64,000 nt of DNA, from the NCBI GenBank assembly GCA_965214915.1, contig CBDCCP010000002.1, positions 766,054-830,053 on the forward strand, written 5' to 3'. Positions 56,868 to 64,000 of this stretch are shown here, piece by piece; within the stretch, counting starts at the first letter, position 1; each line of letters starts with the position of its first letter. This stretch comes from Bryobacterales bacterium (GTDB lineage: Bacteria; Acidobacteriota; Terriglobia; Bryobacterales; UBA6623). A program made the position numbers and the translations under genes. A model generated the notes under the pieces. That model had not been told where the DNA came from and made no database searches. It was given only the letters and a program-made list of their open reading frames with translations.

Positions 56868-58364
56868 CTAAACTTCGACGAAGAGTTTCGCCAAGCGCTC
56901 GACTTCGCCGGGTTTGGCGTCGGCGATGTTTTCGTCCTCCAGCGGGTCGTTTTCGCGGTCGTAAAGCTCGCGGCCGCGCCCGTCGAAATTTTCGACCAGC
57001 TTGTAGCGCCGGTCCTGGACGGAACGCCAGACGCCGGAGCGTATCTTCAGCGACGAGCGCGAGAACTCGCGGCGGTCTTCGCCCGCGTTTTCCAGGATCG
57101 GCCGCAGCGATTGGCCGTCCTGGTATTCGAGCGCGCCGGCTTCGCCGATGTCCATGAAGGTGGCGGTCAGGTCGATCAGGCTGACCATGGCGCCGCTCTC
57201 GTAACCCTGGCGGATTGCCGGGCCGGCCAGCAGCAGCGGCACGCCGGCCGACGCTTGGTAGGGGACGGATTTGCTCCAGCGGCCGTGGTCGCCCAACATC
57301 TCGCCGTGGTCGCTGGAGTATGCGATCACCGTGTTTTCGAGTTCTCCCCGCTCCTTGAGCTTTTCCACGAAGATGCCCAGCCAGCGGTCGATGTTCTCGA
57401 TCATCGCGGCGTAGTTTTGCCGGATTGCGACGTGCTGCTCGGGCGGAAACGGCCCGTTGTAGTCGTGGGGCTGCTCGAAGTTGTCGATGATTCTGTCGGG
57501 GCCGCGGTATCTTGCGGCCATGCTCGCGGTGATGTCCATCGGCGGATGCGGGCCGACGAAGTTGAGCGCCAGGTGCCACGGCTTGCCGTCGGGCGCCCTG
57601 TCCAGCAGCTTCAGCCCGTTGCGGGCGATCCAGTTGTCGCAGTAGGCATCGTCCGGCAGCGGGACCGGCTTGGTTTCTCCCCACCAGGTCTCTTCCTTGA
57701 GGAGACGGTCATAGTCCGGGAGGTCCGGGTTGTTGACGATCTGGTTCCACTTCTTTAGGCCCAGCCGCTTGATCTCGTCCGCCCAGAGCTTGCCGAGCGG
57801 GGGGGTGCGGGAATCGAGGTAAGCGTAATAGGGGTCTTTGGGGCCGACGGGATCGCGGTTGTACGCGCCGGCGCCGCCGCCCTTGCCGCCGTTGTCGATC
57901 ATGTCGGAGAAGCCCCACGCTTCCATGCTGCCGCGGCCGTCGAGCCCCCATTCGTAGTCGCCTTTGTGCAGGTCGAGCTTGCCGCAGCCCATGACGTGAT
58001 AGCCGCTGTTGCGCAGGGCCTTGTAGTAGCTGACCCGCTCGACGGGGTAGTTGTCGCTGTTGTTGCGCACGCCGCAGCGCTCGTAAACGCTGCCCGAGGC
58101 GAGGCACGCGCGGGACGGTCCGCAGACGGGCGAATCGACCACGGCGTTGGGGAAAGAAACGCCGCTGTTGCGCAGGGCGGTCAGGTTCGGCGTCGGAACC
58201 GGCGTCGCCGGGTTCCAGCCGACCCAGTCGGAGCGGTGCTGGTCGGGGAAGAAAAACAGGAAGTTCGGCCGCGCGGCCTTTCTCGGTCCCGGAATGGATT
58301 GGCATGCGCCTGAAAAAACGGCGGCGCCGGCGGCGGACAGGAATTCTCGTCTTGTGGCTTGCAT
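56868..58364 (-). CDS. Formylglycine-type sulfatase with Tat signal
   Basis: TRREFLSAAGAAVFSGA leader. PNFLFFFPDQ. Active-site SPVCGPSRACLASG. Confidence 0.9.
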   Translation of the reverse strand: MQATRREFLSAAGAAVFSGACQSIPGPRKAARPNFLFFFPDQHRSDWVGWNPATPVPTPNLTALRNSGVSFPNAVVDSPVCGPSRACLASGSVYERCGVRNNSDNYPVERVSYYKALRNSGYHVMGCGKLDLHKGDYEWGLDGRGSMEAWGFSDMIDNGGKGGGAGAYNRDPVGPKDPYYAYLDSRTPPLGKLWADEIKRLGLKKWNQIVNNPDLPDYDRLLKEETWWGETKPVPLPDDAYCDNWIARNGLKLLDRAPDGKPWHLALNFVGPHPPMDITASMAARYRGPDRIIDNFEQPHDYNGPFPPEQHVAIRQNYAAMIENIDRWLGIFVEKLKERGELENTVIAYSSDHGEMLGDHGRWSKSVPYQASAGVPLLLAGPAIRQGYESGAMVSLIDLTATFMDIGEAGALEYQDGQSLRPILENAGEDRREFSRSSLKIRSGVWRSVQDRRYKLVENFDGRGRELYDRENDPLEDENIADAKPGEVERLAKLFVEV

Positions 58365-58647
58365 CGTGCCGTCAGTGTAGCGCCGCGCGGGGGGCGCTTG
58401 CAGCAGCCGATATTCTAAGAAAGGGCGGAAATCCGGCGCGTCGCAAGGGCGGAACCGCGGGTAACCACGCTATGCTCGGATTCGCCTAGCCGATGGGTTA
58501 GTATGTCTTTGTCCCGACCCGGTCTTGTTGTCGATGCAAACGGTCGATGCAAACGAAGGAGGATGCAGGAGCCGCAACGCAGCGCGCGCGATGAGAGACG
58601 GTTCGGCGTCGTTGCATTACCGGCCGAGGGGTGGAAGGGCCATTGAC

Positions 58648-59901
58648 ATGGAGATGAATAGACGCCTTGCCTTGAAAGGGATCGGGGGCCTGCTGACGCT
58701 TCCCCTCTTGGAATCCGACGCCGCCGCCGCTCAGCCTCCGCCTACGCGGTTCTTGGTCGTGGGCAACCCGCTGGGGATGCATCCCGATCACTTCTTTCCA
58801 ACAGAATTCGGGAAGTCTTTCACGTTTCCCCAGACCCTTCGATCTCTCGAATGGCTTCGCGATCGACTCACGATCCTGTCTCACACGGATCATGGGATGA
58901 ACAACGGTCATGGCCGCGAGATATCGTTTCTGAACGGCGTTCTTCCCGAGAACGGTTCGGCCTACTCCGAGCGAAACGTCTCAGTAGATCAAGTGATGGT
59001 CCGCCGCACGCATGGGCGCGTACGCTTTCCGTCGGTCCATGCAGCTCTGGAAAACGGGATTCGGATGAGCTGGAATGCCAATGGCGTCGATCTGAAGCCG
59101 ATTACGGACCCGCATAGACTGTTCGACCACCTGTTTCTCAACCTGACCGCCGAGCAGCGAACGGTCCGCAAGCAGTTGATCGCGCGCAACGGCAGCATTC
59201 TGGACACGGTGGGCGAGCAGTTAGCCGGCTTGCAGCGGAGAGCCGGCAGACGGGATCGGGAGCGGTTGGATCAGTACGCGACTTCGATTCGCGAGTTGGA
59301 AGCGAGCTTGGCGGACCGCAGCGAGTGGGTTGACCGCGACAAGCCGCAGTTCGATATCTCGCGACATTTCTCCGGCTCCGAGACGACCATCGGCAACCGA
59401 TACGACGCGATCTTCGACATGGTTGCGTATGCATTCGAAACCGATCTCACGCGCGTCGCCACGGTGGCCTTCCCCAACGAACTCGGATATACCGACATCG
59501 ACGGCGTGACGCGCGGCTACCACGCATGCACCCATAACGGCAAGAAGGAAGAAGTGATTGCCGAGCTGGTTGCGATCGAGTCGTTCCAAATCGAGCAGTT
59601 GTCACGTTGCCTGCGGAAGCTGGACTCTGTTCGGGAACCCCAGGCAGACGGCACGCTGCTCGATCGCACGATCGTCTTGTTCGGCAGCGGAATGGGATAC
59701 GGCGGCACCCACTCGAACCGGAACCTTCCGATCCTGGTCGCCGGCGGAGGCTTCCGGCATTTGGGACACGTCGATACCCGCAGCGGGAGCGGCTCCAACA
59801 TGCCATTGTGCAACCTCTACGTCACGCTGCTGCAGCGCTTCGGCGTGGAGAGGGAGCGGTTCAACACGAGCACGGGCGCTTTCGAGTTACGTTATGGGTA
59901 G
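58648..59901 (+). CDS. DUF1552 domain protein
   Basis: MEMNRRLALKGIGGLLTLPLLES Tat-like leader. The C-terminal pattern LLDRTIVLFGSGMGYGGTHSNRNLPILVAGGG...NLYVTLLQRFGV is typical of DUF1552. Confidence 0.85.
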   Translation: MEMNRRLALKGIGGLLTLPLLESDAAAAQPPPTRFLVVGNPLGMHPDHFFPTEFGKSFTFPQTLRSLEWLRDRLTILSHTDHGMNNGHGREISFLNGVLPENGSAYSERNVSVDQVMVRRTHGRVRFPSVHAALENGIRMSWNANGVDLKPITDPHRLFDHLFLNLTAEQRTVRKQLIARNGSILDTVGEQLAGLQRRAGRRDRERLDQYATSIRELEASLADRSEWVDRDKPQFDISRHFSGSETTIGNRYDAIFDMVAYAFETDLTRVATVAFPNELGYTDIDGVTRGYHACTHNGKKEEVIAELVAIESFQIEQLSRCLRKLDSVREPQADGTLLDRTIVLFGSGMGYGGTHSNRNLPILVAGGGFRHLGHVDTRSGSGSNMPLCNLYVTLLQRFGVERERFNTSTGAFELRYG

Positions 59902-62446
59902 CTTGCGCCGCGCGGCGATGGCGCTGGCCGCGTTCGGCGCCATGCAATCGGCTTCCGGCGACGACCGCATCGCCGCGCCCGGCTTGGAATTGCTGAAGAC
60001 TCATTGTTCGTCCTGTCACGGCGGCGCGGAGCCGAAGGGCGGATTCCGGGTCCGTTCTCTGGCCGAAAACCAGGATTGGCACAACGCCGCTCTGTGGCGA
60101 AAGAGCTTGGAATACGTCCGAGCCGAGTTCATGCCCCCGGCGGAAGCGGGTCGGCTTGCGGCAACGGATCGCCGCCGCATCGTCGCTTTTCTCGAAGGTC
60201 GGCTTCGCGGCGGGGGAGAGCGAACCGGCGAGGCGAGCGGAGGCGCGCCGCGGCGGCTCAACAATCGCGAGCTCGCCAACAGTGTCCGCGACGTGCTGAT
60301 GATCGAAGACGTCGGGACGCATCGGCCGCTGGCCGATCTGCTTGGCGACACGCTGCACGACGGCTTCGACACGAACGCCGACGCGCTGGGGATGAGCCAG
60401 TTTCACCTGGAGCAGTACATCGAGGCGTTTCGCAAAGTCGTCGACGCTGCGATCCTTTCCGGCGAACGGCCCGAGACGCGCCGCTACGAAGTCACGGCCG
60501 GCGACATGCGCATGACGAGCCTGTCTCAGAGGAGGAGACAAGAGCGAGCGAATCGGACAGCGGAGAGCATAGACTTTCTCGATCCGAGATTGCGCGTGTA
60601 CTTCGCGAATTTCGAAAGCGCGCCGGCGACAGGGAGATATCGCATCAAGATCCGCGCCGCGGCCAAGGATCGCGGGGTGTACGACTCCGCCGAGACGGGC
60701 ATCTACGACGGTGACCCGATTCGCTTGAGCGTTCACTTGGGTGACCGTATCCGGGTTTTCGCCCTTGCCGACGAGACGCCGACCGAGATCGAGCTGGACG
60801 AATGGATCGCGGCGGGCACGCGGCTTGAACTGTCGTATCCGACGGACGGTTTGCGGCTGCGCGGCAACGGGAACTTCAAGTTTCAGTTTTCGATCGCCCA
60901 CGATCACATTCAGAAGACCGACCCGAAGCTGTATGCGGCGATCCTGAAAAGGAATCTACCCAAGGCTCCGGCGCGAACGGCGAAAAATCCGAGACACTGG
61001 AGCCACTGGACCGAGCACTGGCAAGGGCCGCGGCCGCGCTTGTTCAGCGCCGCGATCGAAGGTCCGCTGTATGCAAGCTGGCCGCCGAAGCGGCAGGCCG
61101 CTTTGCTGGGAGAGTCTCCCAAAGCGCAGAATGCCGCCTCCATCTTGCGCCCGATCGCGGAAAGGGCCTGGCGTCGCGAGTTGCGCGACGGCGATCTGGA
61201 CGCGATCGTTCGTTTCGTTGCGTCCAGGGCCGCGGAGGGAATCTCGGCGGAGAGGCATATCGAAGCGCTGAAGGAAGGCATCGTTGCGATTCTCGCTTCG
61301 CCTTCGTTCCTGCTGGTGAACTCGGGTGACGGCGCCCCCTCTGACCGATTCGCGTCGAAGCTCAGCTATTTCCTCGGCAGCACGATTCCCGATTCGCACA
61401 TCCGTGAAGCTGCTCGCAGTGGCGAGCTGGCGACGTTCGAGGCGGTGCGCGCCGAAGTCCTCCGCCGGTTCGAGCGCTCCGCAGCGGACGAGTTCGTGCG
61501 GGAGTTCCCGCATGCGTGGCTGGAGTTGGATCGCATCAACTTCATGGCGCCGGATCCGGATCGTTTTCCCCTGTACGCCCGCAAGCGGTTGAGCGAGGAC
61601 ATGGTTGACGAGGCGTTGCGGTTTTTTCGGCATGCGCTGGAAAACAACCTTCCCGTCCCCGAGTTGTTATCGGCCGACTACACATTTCTGAACGCGGATC
61701 TGGCCAAGGTCTACGGGGTCGACGACGCGCCGCAGGACTCGCAGTTGCGCAAATACACGTTTGCCGACGGACGGCGGGGCGGGCTGCTCGGCATGGGGGC
61801 TTTCCTGACCCTGACGGCGGACAGCCTTTCGACGTCGCCCATTCATAGAGCGGTTTACGTGATGGAGAAGTTCCTGGGGATTCGACCGGCGCCGCCTCCG
61901 GACGACGTCGAGATCGCCGAACCCGATGTCCGTCAGGCCAAGACGATCAAGGAAATCCTCGCCGCGCACACAGCCGACCCAACTTGCGCGTCCTGCCACC
62001 GCAGCATCGATCCGTACGGATACGCTTTCGAGAACTTCGACTCGACCGGCGCGTGGCGCGACGAATACACGATGCATATTGCCGCCAAGCCGTCGCGGGA
62101 AGCGCTGCTGGAGATCGAGCAGCAGGACCGGCAGCGAGCCGCACGGGGATTGGCGCCCGTGGAGAGACCCTGGGAGCGCGCTCCGATTCCGGTTGACGCC
62201 GCTTCGCGGTTTCCTGACGGCGCCCCGTATGACGGCATCGTCGGATACCGTCAGCGCCTCCTGGGCGACGAGTACCGAGACCGATTCGTCCGCTGCTTCA
62301 TCCAGAAGCTGCTGACCTACGCGAACGGCAGAGAATTCGAAGATTCGCCGGAAATCGAGAGCATCCTGGCGAGGTCCGCGGAAAACGACTACCGGATTCT
62401 CGACACGATCGCAGCCGTAATCGACAGTCCGTTGTTCCGCGAATAG
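59894..62446 (+). CDS. DUF1587/DUF1592/DUF1595/DUF1588/DUF1585-type multidomain protein with N-terminal CxxCH
   Basis: ATG 59894 overlaps the DUF1552 stop by 8 nt. Signal peptide. LLKTHCSSCHGG. C-terminal CASCHRSIDPYGYAFENFD (DUF1588) and FVRCFIQKLLTYANGR (DUF1585) signatures. Confidence 0.85.
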   Translation: MGSLRRAAMALAAFGAMQSASGDDRIAAPGLELLKTHCSSCHGGAEPKGGFRVRSLAENQDWHNAALWRKSLEYVRAEFMPPAEAGRLAATDRRRIVAFLEGRLRGGGERTGEASGGAPRRLNNRELANSVRDVLMIEDVGTHRPLADLLGDTLHDGFDTNADALGMSQFHLEQYIEAFRKVVDAAILSGERPETRRYEVTAGDMRMTSLSQRRRQERANRTAESIDFLDPRLRVYFANFESAPATGRYRIKIRAAAKDRGVYDSAETGIYDGDPIRLSVHLGDRIRVFALADETPTEIELDEWIAAGTRLELSYPTDGLRLRGNGNFKFQFSIAHDHIQKTDPKLYAAILKRNLPKAPARTAKNPRHWSHWTEHWQGPRPRLFSAAIEGPLYASWPPKRQAALLGESPKAQNAASILRPIAERAWRRELRDGDLDAIVRFVASRAAEGISAERHIEALKEGIVAILASPSFLLVNSGDGAPSDRFASKLSYFLGSTIPDSHIREAARSGELATFEAVRAEVLRRFERSAADEFVREFPHAWLELDRINFMAPDPDRFPLYARKRLSEDMVDEALRFFRHALENNLPVPELLSADYTFLNADLAKVYGVDDAPQDSQLRKYTFADGRRGGLLGMGAFLTLTADSLSTSPIHRAVYVMEKFLGIRPAPPPDDVEIAEPDVRQAKTIKEILAAHTADPTCASCHRSIDPYGYAFENFDSTGAWRDEYTMHIAAKPSREALLEIEQQDRQRAARGLAPVERPWERAPIPVDAASRFPDGAPYDGIVGYRQRLLGDEYRDRFVRCFIQKLLTYANGREFEDSPEIESILARSAENDYRILDTIAAVIDSPLFRE

Positions 62447-62550
62447 GCGCCGCGCAAGCTCATGACCACCACAAAGCCGTCGATCACGACCGCTCTGCGC
62501 CAGCGCCGGCCGGGGGCCGGTAAAGGCTTTGAAGTGCCTTTGAGCGGCGG

Positions 62551-63426
62551 TTAAACGGCGTTTAACTCCCTATTCCGTGAGCTTCGAGCAGCGGTCTTTC
62601 CACTCCGCGCCCTGTCTTGCTCTCCACTCTCCGGCGGCTGGCCGCTATTTTTCTTGCCGACAAGCTGCCAAGTATCCTTCCAGCCTCGGAAAACGCTTGT
62701 TACGAGAAGGTATCCGGAGCGCATGATGCTGGGGGAGGGGAGTTTTAGAGATATAAGATCGTCAATACCTCTTAACTCCAATACTTCGAGATCGAGATAT
62801 TTGGAGAGTTGAGTCAAGTCATCTAAAACATATTCCCTGACATGTCCTGTCCAGGGCCCTGGAGACCAGTAAAAAGACTCGAAGGGAGGCATATTCGTTT
62901 TTCCGAATAATAAATGTAAGCGCTTCCTGACATTTCCTGCATTGGGGACCGTCACGAACAGAAGCCCTCCCGGTTTAGTCAACTCAAGTAGTTCATTGAG
63001 AAAAACACGCGGAGAATCATGGAGATGTTCCAAGACATGGTGCATCATTACCATGTCGAAGGAACTCTTTTCGTAGGGCAGCCCCCCCCCCCCCCCGCTT
63101 ATCTGCTTAAAATCAATGCCGAATTTTTCAGCGAATGAAGTTATCGGTTCTATCTCCCCGGGTTTTGCGTCTTGCAAATTGTCGAAGGCGGAGAGACGGA
63201 ACCCAAGAGATTGCAAGACAGCCGCCTTGTGGCACGTTCCACAACCGACATCCAGGATGTTGCTTCCGGGCTTCAGATATCGCAGGCACGTGGTCGCAAC
63301 ATTCCGTAATGCGATTGGTTGCGATTCGGTTCGAAGCTCTATGCCACCGAGCGGAAACGCCGCCGTTGTGTGTCGAATTGCTTCTTCGATTCGCTCTTTC
63401 ATGCCAATATCCATGCCTGCAACCAT
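62551..63426 (-). CDS. Class I SAM-dependent methyltransferase in a low-GC islet, containing a G15 tract
   Basis: Motif I NILDVGCGTC. Acidic residue after beta-2 (LSAFD). Motif FDMVMMHHVLEHL. GGLLFVTVPN. The start is ambiguous (ATGs at 63426, 63414, 63402; the ORF is open to 63534). Line 62761-62820 hand-counts to 40% G+C. Confidence 0.8.
   Translation of the reverse strand: MVAGMDIGMKERIEEAIRHTTAAFPLGGIELRTESQPIALRNVATTCLRYLKPGSNILDVGCGTCHKAAVLQSLGFRLSAFDNLQDAKPGEIEPITSFAEKFGIDFKQISGGGGGLPYEKSSFDMVMMHHVLEHLHDSPRVFLNELLELTKPGGLLFVTVPNAGNVRKRLHLLFGKTNMPPFESFYWSPGPWTGHVREYVLDDLTQLSKYLDLEVLELRGIDDLISLKLPSPSIMRSGYLLVTSVFRGWKDTWQLVGKKNSGQPPESGEQDRARSGKTAARSSRNRELNAV
63082..63096. repeat. 15-nt C homopolymer (G15 on the coding strand) inside the methyltransferase gene, encoding GGGGG
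   Basis: Counted directly: g at 63081, then nine C and six C, followed by gctt. The translation is FKQISGGGGGLPYEK. Confidence 0.95.
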
Positions 63427-63537
63427 GAGGGGAAAACTTCGCAACCGGGTCTTTCCTAGATTATCATGGAATGCCGAGAATTCTATCGGCGGTACTCCGT
63501 TCGCTATGCCGGGGGCGGAGCGCTGCTTCCACACTAA

Positions 63538-64000
63538 CTACGCCGTCCGGCGGCGGGCTTCTTCCAACAGGCGCTTGGCGCGGTCGGGATTGTAAACGCC
63601 GCAAGGGCAGAATCGCGCCAGGGTAGCGGCGGCCTGCTCGGGCGCGCGGCGGCCTTCCCGAACCATGTCCAGCATTTTGCGGGCCATGTTGAACGACACC
63701 ATGCCGTGCCCGCACATGGTCGAGAGTTGGAGAACCTGAGAATTCGGCAGGTGATCGTGGGGGTCGGCGAAGCCCAGCGAGTATTCGACGCTGTGGCGGT
63801 GGATGCCGCAGCATTCGGCGACTTCTTTCGCGCCCTCGACCGAGGCGCTGATGTTGACCGAGAGTCCGAGATCGGCGGCGATGACGTCGCGCAGGCAGGC
63901 CTCGGCCTTCTCTCGGGAATCGAAGACAGCGGCCGCCGTGCCGGGCTTCTTGACTTCGGCAATGACGCCTTCCCAGTCGGGGTCGGCGCCGCGGCGCCAG
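63538..64000 (-). CDS. Conserved-looking hypothetical protein, C-terminal 153 aa only (5' end beyond window), Cys-rich
   Basis: This third minus frame is not in the ORF track because no start lies in the window. It translates to WRRGADPDWEGVIAEVKKPGTAAAVFDSREKAEACLRDVIAADLGLSVNISASVEGAKEVAECCGIHRHSVEYSLGFADPHDHLPNSQVLQLSTMCGHGMVSFNMARKMLDMVREGRRAPEQAAATLARFCPCGVYNPDRAKRLLEEARRRTA, with stop TAG at 63540-63538. The two listed minus-frame ORFs here are S/P/R-rich nonsense. Confidence 0.6.
   Translation of the reverse strand, partial: WRRGADPDWEGVIAEVKKPGTAAAVFDSREKAEACLRDVIAADLGLSVNISASVEGAKEVAECCGIHRHSVEYSLGFADPHDHLPNSQVLQLSTMCGHGMVSFNMARKMLDMVREGRRAPEQAAATLARFCPCGVYNPDRAKRLLEEARRRTA

Noticed and set aside
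62506-62565. Three small hairpins or palindromes between or at the ends of the convergent genes: CCGGCC-GGG-GGCCGG, AAAGGC-N8-GCCTTT and TTAAACGGCGTTTAA.
   Set aside because: The stems are only 6 bp and no U-tract follows on either strand. The last palindrome lies inside the methyltransferase coding end (RELNAV-stop). These are not convincing intrinsic terminators.

Overview
High-GC window: hand counts give about 70% G+C in typical coding lines. The gene content points to an Acidobacteriota genome of the Solibacter/Bryobacter type. Supporting this are two TonB-dependent receptors with carboxypeptidase-regulatory-like N-termini, an NHL protein with a TIGR03437-like C-terminal domain, DUF1501 + DUF1549/DUF1553 and DUF1552 + DUF1592-type pairs, three formylglycine-type sulfatases and many Tat-signal oxidoreductases. 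Core content: (i) a co-directional minus-strand cluster of about 16 kb (28.6-44.7 kb) that looks like a sulfated-glycan uptake and periplasmic oxidation locus; (ii) a divergent IclR-regulated catabolic cluster (44.9-50.0 kb); (iii) a cytochrome c / PQQ-dehydrogenase group (8.9-14.2 kb); (iv) housekeeping genes htpG, hspQ, thymidine phosphorylase and tRNA-Thr(CGU). Accessory and decayed DNA is interspersed among these. There are five toxin-antitoxin modules: MNT/HEPN, toxin-first RelE/XRE beside the tRNA, VapBC, truncated HigB/HigA, and a stand-alone DUF262-HNH enzyme as a defence candidate. There is also an IS110 pseudogene, a split integrase-type transposase enclosing inverted tape-measure-like fragments, and several short gene relics. 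I see no CRISPR array, rRNA, reverse transcriptase or complete prophage. The best second-look candidates are: (1) a diverged direct repeat of about 480 bp of a gene 3' end bracketing a decayed higBA cassette; (2) a low-GC islet whose SAM methyltransferase carries an in-frame 15-nt homopolymer; (3) a cytochrome c + Tat-signal thiamine-diphosphate enzyme + unknown protein operon; (4) the lower-GC DUF262-HNH gene with no partners. All functional calls rest on motif recognition by eye, and no database search was run. Most long ORFs antisense to the called genes are GC-driven shadow ORFs and were ignored.
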